From Candidatus Thalassarchaeaceae archaeon (GTDB lineage: Archaea; Thermoplasmatota; Poseidoniia; Poseidoniales; Thalassarchaeaceae): a stretch of 64,000 bases of DNA. How positions within the stretch are numbered: the stretch's first letter is position 1; each line of letters begins with the position of its first letter. Shown in pieces: positions 19,257 through 30,069 of this stretch. The notes under the pieces were generated by a model. The model searched no databases and was not told the DNA's origin. It saw nothing but the letters and a program-made list of their open reading frames with translations. Where the stretch lies: positions 22,775-86,774 of the forward strand of contig JAQXEZ010000002.1 of the NCBI GenBank assembly GCA_029250605.1, in the 5' to 3' direction. Position numbers and translations under genes: made by a program.

Positions 19257-20300
19257 ATGACCAGGGACACCGACTTTCTCTGGAGTCAGCTAGAGTCAAT
19301 TGACTTTCTCTGGATTGCGATTCTCTTTTTGGTCGCAATCGGACCGCTGGTCTACGCTGGCAGGAAAGGTGATAGTTTGGCGCTTGCAATGGTTCTTTCA
19401 CTACTCCTTGTCCATTTCGTCCAGTACTTCTTGTCGATTCTCCAGCACGAGTTGTTTGATTTCTTTCCTGTCGACATTTTCGGTTTGATCCCTGTTTTAT
19501 CCGGGGAACCTTCTCATTTCCACCGAATGTTCACTTCTGCATGGTTGCATGCCGACTTTATCCATGTTCTTGGGAACATCCTCGTAATAGCGCTGGCTGG
19601 AGTGCCGCTCGAGCAGAGATTGGGGGCAAAAAGATGGGTTGCTGTGTACTTCATAGGGTTCCTTGGTGGGAACATTGCATGGGTCTTGTCCCACCCAGAT
19701 TCATATTCCCCAGCAATTGGGGCTAGTGGTGCTGCATTCGGACTTCTAGGGGCTTACTTGGCCTGCTGGCCAGAGGACAAGATCGAGTTTCCCTTACTTT
19801 TCCTAATCAGGGCTTGGCCCGTGTGGCTAATTGCATTCATCCGACTGGGGCTCGAGATTTTCCATATGTACTCGATTCAAAGTGGCACGGAGGGAGAAAC
19901 CAACATAGCCCATATGGCACACGTAGGTGGATTCTTCCTAGCTTACCTTGTCGCGAGACCCATCGCAAAGGGGGCTCCGAGTCCGATTGGCGATATTGGT
20001 GCTTCAGGAAAAGCCTCTTCATTGACAGATGACATCAGAAAGCAGACCACTGCTAGGATGGGAGGCTTACAGAATGATCCTTGGGAATCAGCAGGAAAAA
20101 ACCTGGAAGGAAGGGCTGCAAGAATTCTTATCAAATTGAGGGAAGAGGGAGACGAGTTGGAGACTAGAAGGGCTTGGCTAGAAGAGTTGGCTGAACACAC
20201 AATTTGCCCTGTTTGTGATGGAGAAATAGTCGCTATCGATGACAGGGGGGTATGCAGATTGAATTGTTCCCTGTCGCCGAGCCACATCAGGTGGCCATAA
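19257..20300 (+). CDS. Rhomboid intramembrane serine protease with C-terminal zinc-ribbon extension
   Basis: WLHADFIHVLGN, GASG, AHMAHVGG; C-terminal CPVC...C...C...H. Confidence 0.9.
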   Translation: MTRDTDFLWSQLESIDFLWIAILFLVAIGPLVYAGRKGDSLALAMVLSLLLVHFVQYFLSILQHELFDFFPVDIFGLIPVLSGEPSHFHRMFTSAWLHADFIHVLGNILVIALAGVPLEQRLGAKRWVAVYFIGFLGGNIAWVLSHPDSYSPAIGASGAAFGLLGAYLACWPEDKIEFPLLFLIRAWPVWLIAFIRLGLEIFHMYSIQSGTEGETNIAHMAHVGGFFLAYLVARPIAKGAPSPIGDIGASGKASSLTDDIRKQTTARMGGLQNDPWESAGKNLEGRAARILIKLREEGDELETRRAWLEELAEHTICPVCDGEIVAIDDRGVCRLNCSLSPSHIRWP

Positions 20301-20368
20301 GTGGCAATCTAGCAAGCACTTACAGGTTGGAGTTATACAGGTCTTGACTTTGGCTCTCTTAGAGAGCC

Positions 20369-23300
20369 ATGGTCAGAGGTCCAGGAAAGTTCTTCCCATT
20401 CGCCATCGCGATTTTGGTTTTCTTGCTTGATGTGCCCATAGGAGCAGCGCATGTCCCTGATGTAGAGAATTCTGATTCTACAGTTTTTTTTGAGGGTGAA
20501 ACTCCAGCCATTCCATCATTGATTTGCGGGGAAGAAGAATGCCAGAAAGAACTCAATCCGACCCATACTCCTCTCAATTCTAGTCCTCCAGCAATGGAAT
20601 TCGGATGGTGGAATAGTTTCTGGTCCGACTCCGACTCCAATGGTTTTGATGACCGACTCCAACTTATCGTGGCAGGAGAAAGGGAGTCTGTCTCAGTAAC
20701 TTCAATCGTTGGTGATGATGGCAGAGGAACTGTTGCTATCATTGTCCACTATGCATGGCATCCAGGAGTTCTGGACATCGACTCGTTAAAGGGAGTGATC
20801 GAGCAACACGGCTGGGAAAACGAAGGCTCCTGGTTCATGGTAATGGATCATCTAGATGCCATAGTCCTGGATCACGTCCCAGTGAGTTCTCTGATTGATA
20901 TTTGGAGTCTAGATGGAGTCGTCCTTGTCGAGGAGCAGAGCGTTATTGTGCCTTATCTGGACAAGGCGACGAGGGGTTCCAAGGTGAGGACCTCGGGGGT
21001 TTATGACGAGACTTTGAGGGGGCTTGGATACCATGGTTCTGGTAAAGTAATCGCTATTCTTGATACTGGAGTCGACAATGAGCACTTCTCACTTGACGAT
21101 TTCTCGGACGATAACAAGGACAACACAAAGGACCCCGATGACATAGAGGACCCCAAATGGGTCGGGGGATGCGATGCAACAGGAGTGGGGCAGTCAGGAT
21201 GCAACGATGAGGACCCCGATGATGGTGACGGTCATGGAACCCACGTGGCGGGAATTGCCCTCGGTACGGGAGACTCTAGTCGAGTCAATCAAGGATACTC
21301 TCCCGGCTCTTATCTAGTCGACGTGAAAGTCATGGAGGACTATGGTGGGGGGAACTCCCAGTCTATTCTGGCCGGCATCCAGTGGGCCATTAACAACAAA
21401 GACACTGATTGGGGCAATAATGCATCAAGCAGGGGCATCCACGTACTTTCTATGTCCTTCGGCAGAGCCAGCTCTGCTGTTGGAGACAACAACGAAGATG
21501 GGTCATCGGCGGAGGCGAATCTAGTTAATCAGGCCTCAGAGAATGGTTTAGTCTGTGTAGCTGCAATTGGAAACGATGGAGCGAACAATGTGAACTCCGT
21601 CGGTGCGGCGGATACCTCAATCACAGTTGGGTGGCTGGATGACAAGAATACCATCGATCGTAGTGATGACTCAATTAGCTCAAACTCCAACTATGGCCCG
21701 AGGACCGATGATGGAGACGGAGACTCGTGGGATGAAATGAAACCCTGGGTTGTGGCCCCTGGGTCGAATATCAACTCCGCACAGCATGCCGAATCATCCG
21801 GAATCATTCCTGGATCAGAAGTAAACAGAGCGAGTGACGACTACACTCAGTTATCGGGATCTAGCATGTCGACTCCAGCGGTGGCTGGGCTCGTGGCGAT
21901 TATGCTAGAAATTGGCGAAATGCGCAAGATGCCATTCATGGAGGAGGATGAGCCTGGAATAGAGAGGTATGAGGCGATCAGAAGTTTCCTCGCAGGTGGC
22001 TCAGAGTTCAGGAATGAATGGTCTGTGGATGAGACCTGGCAAGATAACAACTGGAACACGAGATATGGTTTCGGGATTATTGACGGGGGTGAAATCGCTA
22101 GTGAGATGTTCGATTACACAGGTGGCGGTGGCGGTGGAGGGAATCAGACCTCAGGCCCGGGATCAAACCAAGAGGGTCATTGGGTTGAGATTGAAAGTCC
22201 TTCAGCATACGCTTGGTTGGTAGAAGGAAGAGGATACAACCTAAGGGGGCACATCAACGAGCATGGCGAGGACAATGGGACTATCGAGGAAGTTGTCGTA
22301 AAGGTCGAGATGGAATTCAGGGAATCATCTGACACGCCCAAACAGAGATCAATTCTGGTAAACTGGTCGAATCCTACTGGAATAACCAATTGGACGGAAC
22401 CCTTCGAAGTTCCCGACCTCCCAGATGAATACACCGATGTCTCAGTCACTGGAATGGTTGCGGCGCGGAATGACATAGGAAGATGGAGCAATACGACTGA
22501 GTACTTCTTTCCAGTAGGCAGGGTAAACATCACACTAGAAGGCCCCAGTGGACAAGGTGACTTGGATGGAAACGTAGAGGTTAATGGCCAGTTTCAGTCA
22601 ATTGGAAATGCTACAATTCAATGGAGGCTGGACAGCGAAGAATGGCAGAATGGGCCCCATTACCACGACGGAGAGTGGACCATTGAGGACCAAGAGGGGA
22701 TGAGGCATGCAACTTCTCGGTACAAGGGCGATGGCAGCATCGATCCAGACTACCAGGGTCATGCATATTGTGTACACATGTTCAAAGCGGCTCAGAATTC
22801 TGGGAATAGCGTCGATTGCAAAGAGGATGACGATGGATGGACTCAATGGAGTTTCAACTGGGATACAACCCAGCACAAGGACGAAGAGTACAGGATTTCA
22901 GTGAGGGTGATTAGTGCTGTTGGAGTGACTTCTGAGCAAATCCGAAGAGTTGTCAGAGTTGACAACATTGACCCTATGCCAGACTTGGTTTTCGTTAGTA
23001 AATCGATTTCGGTTCAGGAATTTGGCATTCCGATGCAGGAATCATATGTTAATACATTCTTGGAAGTCAGGGCTACTATTAGGAATTCGGGGGATCAAGC
23101 CGCGACTGATGTGGGAATCATTCTAGAAGAATGGGGGGAGAGGCGAGACGAGTATGTGATTTCAAACATAGATACCGGCCAGTTCGTTGAAGTTGTACTG
23201 TACTGGAACCCTATGGACTCAGGCGATGCTCTGCTATCCATTTCAATCGACCCTCTGAATTCAATTCAGGAGTTAGACGACAATAACAACGAGCTTGTAG

Positions 23301-25339
23301 GAACTTTCTCTGTTGTCCCGAGGCCTCCAGGGGTCGATCTTGCAATTAGGGCAGGGTCAATTTCAGCTCTGGCAGTCTCTAGCCCGATTCCCAGGCCAGA
23401 CGAGTCGGCAGTCGTCCAAGCAAGGGTAGACAATCTGGGGTCGCAGGATGCTGTCGGAGTCTCTGGGACTCTGGAAATGATGACTGAGCGGGGTTGGGAA
23501 TTTATTGGGAATTCAACTGCTGCATTGGTTCTGGGCGGATCTCATTCGATAATCTCTTTTCCCTTCGCTCCAAACATTTCCGGGCCACTTGAAGTGAGAG
23601 TGAGCGTCATCTTGGATAGCGGAGGAGACAATGACTGGTCCAACAATGTGCGGATCAAGACCCTGCTTGTTGACAGTACGACTTTGTCGGGACCGAGGGA
23701 TGCTGAACTGAATCCCGGAGAGAGTCCCATTGCCATCGTAAGTCTAGATAGCGAAGAGGGTGATGATCTACTAATTGGGGAGAAGGATGGGGCCCTGTTA
23801 ATGTACAAACTAACTGAAACTAAATCGTTAATTGAATGCAATAACGTGATTGAGGAACGATGGTCTGGCGATATTTCAATTATCGGTACGGATGAAGGTT
23901 TTGCCCATATTGTGTGGACAAGGCGTTACATGGGGCCAAACTGGTTTCTAATGCAGACCCTAAGTTACTCCACTATCGACTCAAGTTGTAGAATTGCCCC
24001 CCCTCAGGACTTACTCCCGGGGATTCCACTGTCCGATGGAAAGTATTGGGGCATTGACATGGACATAAGGGACTCTGAAATTCTTGTTTCTGGCTATCAC
24101 AGGGATGTTTTCAGTGGGGGAAGTCTCGAAGACGAGACGAACATCTTCCTAATTCATTCAGAAAGCCCCCTCTCCTCGGACGACTGGAATCTGCAGACTG
24201 GAATAATCAAAGACATCGACGCCGACCCTTACCAGATTGATCCAATATCAGTCGAATTCGGGCATGATCAGGCGCATATCCTCTATCAAACGATTAGGAA
24301 CGACACTACTGGCAAGGACCGCCTTGGAGTCTGGTACTCACATGGAATGATTGGCCAGGAGACGTGGGCATATCGAAAGGCAGTCGGTGACGAGTCGGCC
24401 ATCCCCATGCTGACTGTGATTGAAGATGATGATGGCGATACTTTGGTTTCGCTTTGGAGAGAAGGGGATCCTCAAGACTCCGAACTGGTCGTATTCGTGA
24501 CTGATTCAAATTTCATGACTAATGGCCAAATGGAAACGCGGATCCCGGCAAGAGGAATGGCGGGAATAGGCGTTGTAGAGTCAGAGAGGGGGATTCAGGT
24601 ACTATTCGATCGGGTTGGGGCTAGTGGCCCTCAAGTAGAGTACGGGTTGATTGATGTTGATAGTGGTTGGATAGGCCTCTCAGACACTTTGGTCAGAGGG
24701 CAATACAAATCGATGGATAGGTCCGAAGATTCTGGAGAAACGATGATGGTCGTCTCATCATCCGACGGTTGGCAAATAAGGACCCTGATAGATGATGGCT
24801 CTTCTAGACGCGGCGGGGGCCTATCTGACCAACTAAGATCATCCCTCGGCTTGGATCAAGAGAGTTTCGAAATCCTAGTGATTGGTGTCGCATTGGCCGT
24901 TCTGATACTTGGAATGGTAACCTTAGTCGGTCTTTCCTCACAGGGAGTCAGGTGGGTCGGAAGGAGAGGTTCGATTGACAAGGATGCTAGCGTGGTGATG
25001 GAGGATGACGTAGTGGACCTAGTGGGAGGAACCGATCTCTCGATTGGCTCAGACGAGATCGAAATTGTCCAAGATGATTCTAATGATGATTTTGCCGTAA
25101 GTGGACGCGATAGCAGGAGAGCGAGAAGGGATAAGAGGAATTCCGAAGAAGATGGCTTGCTAGACACAGCGGATTCTGGAACTATTGAGCCCGTATTGGA
25201 AATCCAGATGCCAGATTACTCCATGGCACCACCTATTTCTGGCCAGGTAACATGTCCTGGGTGCAAGAGCAGGTTCGCAACGGAACCGGGAATCATGTCA
25301 ATGAAATGCCCAGTTTGTGGATTGAAAATTGATCTCTGA
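20369..25339 (+). CDS. Large membrane-anchored S8 subtilase with Ig/CARDB domains and cytoplasmic zinc ribbon
   Basis: Signal peptide; ILDTG, GHGTHVAG, AIGND, SGSSMSTP catalytic motifs; CARDB-like (PDL...IRNSG...IDP.N.I.E..NN); TM; CPGC/CPVC. Confidence 0.9.
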   Translation: MVRGPGKFFPFAIAILVFLLDVPIGAAHVPDVENSDSTVFFEGETPAIPSLICGEEECQKELNPTHTPLNSSPPAMEFGWWNSFWSDSDSNGFDDRLQLIVAGERESVSVTSIVGDDGRGTVAIIVHYAWHPGVLDIDSLKGVIEQHGWENEGSWFMVMDHLDAIVLDHVPVSSLIDIWSLDGVVLVEEQSVIVPYLDKATRGSKVRTSGVYDETLRGLGYHGSGKVIAILDTGVDNEHFSLDDFSDDNKDNTKDPDDIEDPKWVGGCDATGVGQSGCNDEDPDDGDGHGTHVAGIALGTGDSSRVNQGYSPGSYLVDVKVMEDYGGGNSQSILAGIQWAINNKDTDWGNNASSRGIHVLSMSFGRASSAVGDNNEDGSSAEANLVNQASENGLVCVAAIGNDGANNVNSVGAADTSITVGWLDDKNTIDRSDDSISSNSNYGPRTDDGDGDSWDEMKPWVVAPGSNINSAQHAESSGIIPGSEVNRASDDYTQLSGSSMSTPAVAGLVAIMLEIGEMRKMPFMEEDEPGIERYEAIRSFLAGGSEFRNEWSVDETWQDNNWNTRYGFGIIDGGEIASEMFDYTGGGGGGGNQTSGPGSNQEGHWVEIESPSAYAWLVEGRGYNLRGHINEHGEDNGTIEEVVVKVEMEFRESSDTPKQRSILVNWSNPTGITNWTEPFEVPDLPDEYTDVSVTGMVAARNDIGRWSNTTEYFFPVGRVNITLEGPSGQGDLDGNVEVNGQFQSIGNATIQWRLDSEEWQNGPHYHDGEWTIEDQEGMRHATSRYKGDGSIDPDYQGHAYCVHMFKAAQNSGNSVDCKEDDDGWTQWSFNWDTTQHKDEEYRISVRVISAVGVTSEQIRRVVRVDNIDPMPDLVFVSKSISVQEFGIPMQESYVNTFLEVRATIRNSGDQAATDVGIILEEWGERRDEYVISNIDTGQFVEVVLYWNPMDSGDALLSISIDPLNSIQELDDNNNELVGTFSVVPRPPGVDLAIRAGSISALAVSSPIPRPDESAVVQARVDNLGSQDAVGVSGTLEMMTERGWEFIGNSTAALVLGGSHSIISFPFAPNISGPLEVRVSVILDSGGDNDWSNNVRIKTLLVDSTTLSGPRDAELNPGESPIAIVSLDSEEGDDLLIGEKDGALLMYKLTETKSLIECNNVIEERWSGDISIIGTDEGFAHIVWTRRYMGPNWFLMQTLSYSTIDSSCRIAPPQDLLPGIPLSDGKYWGIDMDIRDSEILVSGYHRDVFSGGSLEDETNIFLIHSESPLSSDDWNLQTGIIKDIDADPYQIDPISVEFGHDQAHILYQTIRNDTTGKDRLGVWYSHGMIGQETWAYRKAVGDESAIPMLTVIEDDDGDTLVSLWREGDPQDSELVVFVTDSNFMTNGQMETRIPARGMAGIGVVESERGIQVLFDRVGASGPQVEYGLIDVDSGWIGLSDTLVRGQYKSMDRSEDSGETMMVVSSSDGWQIRTLIDDGSSRRGGGLSDQLRSSLGLDQESFEILVIGVALAVLILGMVTLVGLSSQGVRWVGRRGSIDKDASVVMEDDVVDLVGGTDLSIGSDEIEIVQDDSNDDFAVSGRDSRRARRDKRNSEEDGLLDTADSGTIEPVLEIQMPDYSMAPPISGQVTCPGCKSRFATEPGIMSMKCPVCGLKIDL

Positions 25340-25348
25340 GGTTAGGGA

Positions 25349-25978
25349 ATGCCCGTAATTCTACTCGTTTCTGCCTCCGAAAGGAGAAGGGCAATTATGG
25401 CAGATTTCTCTGAAAAAGATGGTATAGAGGTGCGATTCAGCGTATTGAAGGAGCCCGAGCCCGAGCCTTTGACTAATCTTGAGGTTCATTTGCAAGTCGA
25501 ATCATCCTGCATGCATAAAGCGAGATCTGCTGTCTTGGAGCTTGGTTATGGTGAAAACTCAGATGTAGAAATGATAGTGGTTTCTGACACGCTGGTAGAG
25601 GATCCTGATGATAGTCGGGTCGCATTGGGCAAGCCAGAGGACAAGGTTAGTGCAGCTTCCACCCTGATCAGACTCTCTGGAAGAAGGCACAAAGTTTGGT
25701 CTTCGACGGCAATCGTCACTAGAAATGGGACTGGTTTGGAAGTTGGTGCAGGTTGGAGAGCGGAGATCTGGACTGATTTCTCAATAGTGGAATTTGATGA
25801 AATTGGGGTGGATGGGATGGAGGATTTGATTGGTAGTGGATCTTGGTTTGGAAAGGCTGGCGGGTATGATCTAGCCGGGAAGGCTGGTTCTTTCTCAAGG
25901 GTAATCGAAGGGGAGGATGTGACTGTTCTCGGTTTCTCATCCTGTGCATTCGAAGAAATTGGGGGAATACTCCTCTAG
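25349..25978 (+). CDS. maf: Maf family nucleotide pyrophosphatase
   Basis: LVSASERR, SDT, GKP, LSGRRH, KAGGY. Confidence 0.85.
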   Translation: MPVILLVSASERRRAIMADFSEKDGIEVRFSVLKEPEPEPLTNLEVHLQVESSCMHKARSAVLELGYGENSDVEMIVVSDTLVEDPDDSRVALGKPEDKVSAASTLIRLSGRRHKVWSSTAIVTRNGTGLEVGAGWRAEIWTDFSIVEFDEIGVDGMEDLIGSGSWFGKAGGYDLAGKAGSFSRVIEGEDVTVLGFSSCAFEEIGGILL

Positions 25979-26472
25979 ACGAAGGTGACGCCACCGAACT
26001 TCAAGACGAAATCGCGTTGGATCTCGTCGAACCAGTCAAGCATTGACGAGGCGAAGCAGACTTTGAAGACCTCATCATCGTGCAGCAAGTCGTCTTGGAT
26101 GCCTTGTAGGGTTCCCGGAGCCGCTCCACAGGAAACACATGCCCCGTCCAGATCGATGACTAGTGATAGTGCCCTATTCCCGTCACTTCTAACCTCAATT
26201 TCTCCTCTGGAAACGACCAGGGCCCCCCCATGCCCCTCCAGTGCCGCCCTAACAGGGCCAAGTCTTGCCATCAGCGCCGGGACCAATGAATTGTCTTCAG
26301 ACTCAAATAATTCAAGAAGCGACAACGAAAGAAGTCTAGAAGTTTCGATTGGGTCATTTCTTTCTGATATCCGACGTTCTGCCTCGTCCTGGATGGCCTC
26401 GCTAATCTGAGACCTATACTTGTCCTCTAGTTCATCTGGGGCCCCAGTATCGTCATCTCCATTATTCATCAA
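25975..26472 (-). CDS. NifU/NfuA-like Fe-S carrier
   Basis: VRAALEGHGG...LDGACVSCG (CxxC); divergent from sufCBD. Confidence 0.8.
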   Translation of the reverse strand: MMNNGDDDTGAPDELEDKYRSQISEAIQDEAERRISERNDPIETSRLLSLSLLELFESEDNSLVPALMARLGPVRAALEGHGGALVVSRGEIEVRSDGNRALSLVIDLDGACVSCGAAPGTLQGIQDDLLHDDEVFKVCFASSMLDWFDEIQRDFVLKFGGVTFV

Positions 26473-26560
26473 TTTATGCGAATGAGTAAGCCATTATAGG
26501 GTCACCTAACGAAGGAAGAGATTGAATAGTCAATTAGTTCCGGTGATTATGAGGATGCAC

Positions 26561-27304
26561 ATGAGTACCCCCTTGCTAGAAATCAAAGACCTGCATGCAG
26601 GTATCGATGGAAATGAAATCCTAAAGGGAATTAATCTGAAAATTGAACCCGGTCAGATTCATGCTATTATGGGTAGGAACGGAAGCGGAAAAACCACTAC
26701 TGCCAATGTCATAATGGGGCATCCGGACTTTGAGATATCGGAAGGAGATGTGATGCTAGAGGGAGAGAGCCTACTCGAAATGGAATCTTGGGAAAGAGCT
26801 CGGAAGGGGGTATTCCTCTCATTCCAGTACCCTCAAGCAGTTCCAGGCCTTCAGGTTGGAAATTTCCTCAGGAAGTCTGTTGCTAACATCAGAGGCGAAG
26901 AGGAGGCCAAGGGCGCTGCCTTCAGGGAAAAGTTGACAATGGCGATGGAATCGCTCGATATCCCTCGTACTTTCATGTCAAGGTATGTCAATGATGGTTT
27001 CAGCGGTGGTGAGAAGAAGCGTTTTGAAATCCTACAAATGATGCTCCTAAGACCTCGACTTGCAGTTCTCGATGAGACTGATAGTGGCTTGGACATAGAT
27101 GGAATCAGAACTGTATCCGAAGGAATCAATGCCGCTATCAGGGGGACTGATTCTGGAGCATTAATAATCACTCACTACTCTAGGATTCTAGAACATGTAC
27201 AGCCAGATATGGTGCATGTTCTAATGGATGGTAAGATTGTATCGTCAGGAGGCCCTGAGCTAGCTACAAAACTTGAAGAGCGCGGCTATGAATGGCTGAA
27301 ATAA
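26561..27304 (+). CDS. sufC: Fe-S assembly ATPase SufC
   Basis: GRNGSGKT, FLSFQYP, GFSGGEKKR, LDETDSGLDID, ITHY; start ATG 26561. Confidence 0.95.
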   Translation: MSTPLLEIKDLHAGIDGNEILKGINLKIEPGQIHAIMGRNGSGKTTTANVIMGHPDFEISEGDVMLEGESLLEMESWERARKGVFLSFQYPQAVPGLQVGNFLRKSVANIRGEEEAKGAAFREKLTMAMESLDIPRTFMSRYVNDGFSGGEKKRFEILQMMLLRPRLAVLDETDSGLDIDGIRTVSEGINAAIRGTDSGALIITHYSRILEHVQPDMVHVLMDGKIVSSGGPELATKLEERGYEWLK

Positions 27305-27319
27305 GAATGAGGTGATGAG

Positions 27320-28732
27320 ATGGCGGAAAACAGAGATGCCCGGGAAGCTGTCGGAGAATACAAGGCTGGATGGCATGATCCAGAAAACTCAACAATTAGA
27401 TTCGACTTTGGCCTTTCAGAGGAAGTAGTGAGAGAAATATCCAATCTGAAGAATGAGCCCCAGTGGATGACTGAGATTCGAGTTAAGGCATTCAAACACT
27501 TCATGAAAAGACCGATGCCGACATGGGGTAACATGTCGATGTTGGAGGAAATTGACTTCGACAATATCTGCTACTTTCTGAGATCATCTGATTCAACCAA
27601 GAATGACTGGGATGACGTGCCAGATGACATCAGAAATACATTCGAAAGGCTTGGAATACCAGAAGCAGAGCAGAAGTGGTTGTCAGGAGTAACAGCTCAA
27701 TACGAGTCAGAAACAGTATACCACAGCATCCGTGAGGACTTGGAAAGGCAAGGGGTAATTTTCCTAGACATGGACAGCGGACTGAGGGAATACCCCGAGA
27801 TCGTGAAAAAGTGGTTCTGTTCGGTAGTGCCTTACTCTGATAACAAATTCTCTGCGCTGAATACCGCAGTCTGGTCAGGTGGATCTTTCATCTATGTCCC
27901 AGAGGGAGTTCAAGTTGAGATGCCTGTACAGGCATACTTTCGAATCAACGCGAAGAATATGGGGCAATTCGAAAGGACGCTGATTATTGCTGACAAAGGA
28001 AGCAGCATCCATTACGTCGAAGGATGTACCGCCCCAACCTACTCGACTGACTCGCTACACTCAGCAGTGGTGGAATTGATTGCACTTCCGGGTTCACACA
28101 TTCGTTACTCGACTATCCAAAATTGGAGTTCAAATGTTTACAATCTAGTAACAAAGAGAGGAATAGCGCATGAAAAGGCGAAGATTGAGTGGGTAGATGG
28201 GAACATCGGGAGTAAACTGACCATGAAGTATCCCGCAGTGATTCTGAAGGGAGAAGGGAGTCACGCAGAAGTGATTTCCGTCGCATATTCCGGAGAAGGG
28301 CAGCACCAAGATGCTGGGGCCAAAATTCATCATCTAGCATCCAACACTACAAGTAAAATTCTCTCGAAGAGCATTAGCAAAAATGGAGGCAGGGGATCTT
28401 ACAGAGGCATGGTAACAGTTTCGCCCAAGGCGGATAACTGCAAGCTGAATGTCGTTTGCGACGCCCTAATACTGGACGAAGGGAGCAGGTCAGACACATA
28501 CCCAACAATGGAAGTGGCCAACCCAACTGCGAGATGTGAGCACGAGGCGAGTGTTTCGAAGGTTAGCGATCAGCAATTATTCTACCTTATGAGTCGTGGG
28601 CACTCCGAGGAAGAGTCCCTAGCAATGATTGTCAACGGTTTCTTCGAGCCATTCACCAGGGAACTTCCCATGGAATACGCAGTAGAGCTCAATCAACTGA
28701 TGGCTCTTGAGATGGAAGGAAGCATAGGTTGA
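27320..28732 (+). CDS. sufB: Fe-S assembly protein SufB
   Basis: [33 protein letters not shown]. Confidence 0.97.
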   Translation: MAENRDAREAVGEYKAGWHDPENSTIRFDFGLSEEVVREISNLKNEPQWMTEIRVKAFKHFMKRPMPTWGNMSMLEEIDFDNICYFLRSSDSTKNDWDDVPDDIRNTFERLGIPEAEQKWLSGVTAQYESETVYHSIREDLERQGVIFLDMDSGLREYPEIVKKWFCSVVPYSDNKFSALNTAVWSGGSFIYVPEGVQVEMPVQAYFRINAKNMGQFERTLIIADKGSSIHYVEGCTAPTYSTDSLHSAVVELIALPGSHIRYSTIQNWSSNVYNLVTKRGIAHEKAKIEWVDGNIGSKLTMKYPAVILKGEGSHAEVISVAYSGEGQHQDAGAKIHHLASNTTSKILSKSISKNGGRGSYRGMVTVSPKADNCKLNVVCDALILDEGSRSDTYPTMEVANPTARCEHEASVSKVSDQQLFYLMSRGHSEEESLAMIVNGFFEPFTRELPMEYAVELNQLMALEMEGSIG

Positions 28733-28741
28733 GGTCGAATA

Positions 28742-29845
28742 ATGGATTCCGCTTCGAGGTACCTCAGTCTGGAGAAGCCAAACAAGGCAGACCATCTGTG
28801 GAGGTATACTCCCTGGAAGAAGGTGCACCCTACTGGACTATTGTCCGAAATCCCCTCACTAGGACAACCTGAGATTAGCCTGGGAATTATTGACGGTTCC
28901 GATCTCCCTTCTGGAATCGAATTGAAACTGGGCGTAACAGGAGAACCAGATTTCTCAATGAGTAGTGCGTTGACAAATTCATTCCTTCATGCATCGGCAA
29001 AGTCTTCTCAATGGACGTTGGTCGTGGACAAAGGTTTCTCTTCAGGCAAGCCGGTCATTCTTGAGGTTAAGGCAGGCGATTTGCCAACCATTGCTCATAT
29101 CGCATTGGAAATAGGGGGGGCGTCGGAATTTGAGTTGATTACCAGAGTCACTGGTAACAGTGAATGGTTCGGACTACTTAGGACTGGTCGCATTAAAGAC
29201 GGAGCAGTAGTGAATGATGTTGTGATAGGCCTCCTAGAGAGAGGGACTATGCTGCGCTCTGATAATATTGAGATTTGTCGAGATGCACAGTTCAGAGCGG
29301 GCACGGTTTCTTCGGGCTCGAATAGGACGAAGAGCGACCTACGTTACATTATGGGGGAAACTGGTGGAAACATCAGAGTCCTGGGATCAATCCTATCTAC
29401 GGATTCTATGCACTTGGACCATCACATAGAAATCCACCATGAAGCACCGGAAACATACAGCCGATTAGCGTGGCATTCTGCTTGCGGAGGTAGCAGCAGG
29501 ACCATAGGGACTGGGATGCTAACAATAAGAAAAGGCTCCAGGGGAGCGGATGCAGCACAGATTTTTCACAACCTCCTGCTCTCTAAATCCGCAGAAGCCG
29601 ATTCGATCCCAGAACTGGAAGTGATGGAGAATGACGTCGTTGGTTGTGGGCATGGCACGGCAAATGGACCAATAGACGAAGAGCAGATGTTTTACCTCAA
29701 GGCTAGAGGGTTCGACGAGGATGATGCAAAGAGGTCATTGGTTGCAGCATTCCTCAATTCAACTCTCTCGGAGATGGGGGGGGCGGCCCTACACGAATGG
29801 CTCGTAGGCGAGTTAACTCTTCAACTGGAAGCCCTCGACGCGTGA
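28742..29845 (+). CDS. sufD: Fe-S assembly protein SufD
   Basis: WRYTP, NLLLS, SIPELEV..NDV, HG, QMFYLKARG. Confidence 0.9.
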   Translation: MDSASRYLSLEKPNKADHLWRYTPWKKVHPTGLLSEIPSLGQPEISLGIIDGSDLPSGIELKLGVTGEPDFSMSSALTNSFLHASAKSSQWTLVVDKGFSSGKPVILEVKAGDLPTIAHIALEIGGASEFELITRVTGNSEWFGLLRTGRIKDGAVVNDVVIGLLERGTMLRSDNIEICRDAQFRAGTVSSGSNRTKSDLRYIMGETGGNIRVLGSILSTDSMHLDHHIEIHHEAPETYSRLAWHSACGGSSRTIGTGMLTIRKGSRGADAAQIFHNLLLSKSAEADSIPELEVMENDVVGCGHGTANGPIDEEQMFYLKARGFDEDDAKRSLVAAFLNSTLSEMGGAALHEWLVGELTLQLEALDA

Positions 29846-29886
29846 GAAGGGGAAATTAATTTAGCCCGATGTCAGGTGATTTAGGC

Positions 29887-30027
29887 ATGGATAGTGATCA
29901 TTGCAAGGATTTTCTCTGCCTATGTGGTTTCAGGGGGGATGCCATTCCAATGCGGCAGCACATGGAGTGCCCTCGTTGCTTCAGAGTGGTTGAGGCGTGT
30001 TGTGAAGGGGTTCCCGAATATTGCTAA
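29887..30027 (+). CDS. Cys-rich metal-binding microprotein (46 aa; not in the ORF track)
   Basis: AGGTGAT RBS at 29874-29880; MDSDHCKDFLCLCGFRGDAIPMRQHMECPRCFRVVEACCEGVPEYC with 8 Cys; fills the gap after sufD. Confidence 0.65.
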   Translation: MDSDHCKDFLCLCGFRGDAIPMRQHMECPRCFRVVEACCEGVPEYC

Positions 30028-30069
30028 CCTTACAAACGAGTTTGGGTCGTTTTTACTAGTGGTGAATTA

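Noticed and set aside
19272-19314. 13-bp direct repeat GACTTTCTCTGGA, 30 bp apart
   Set aside because: In-frame DFLW duplication at the rhomboid N-terminus; two copies only, no sign of a mobile element
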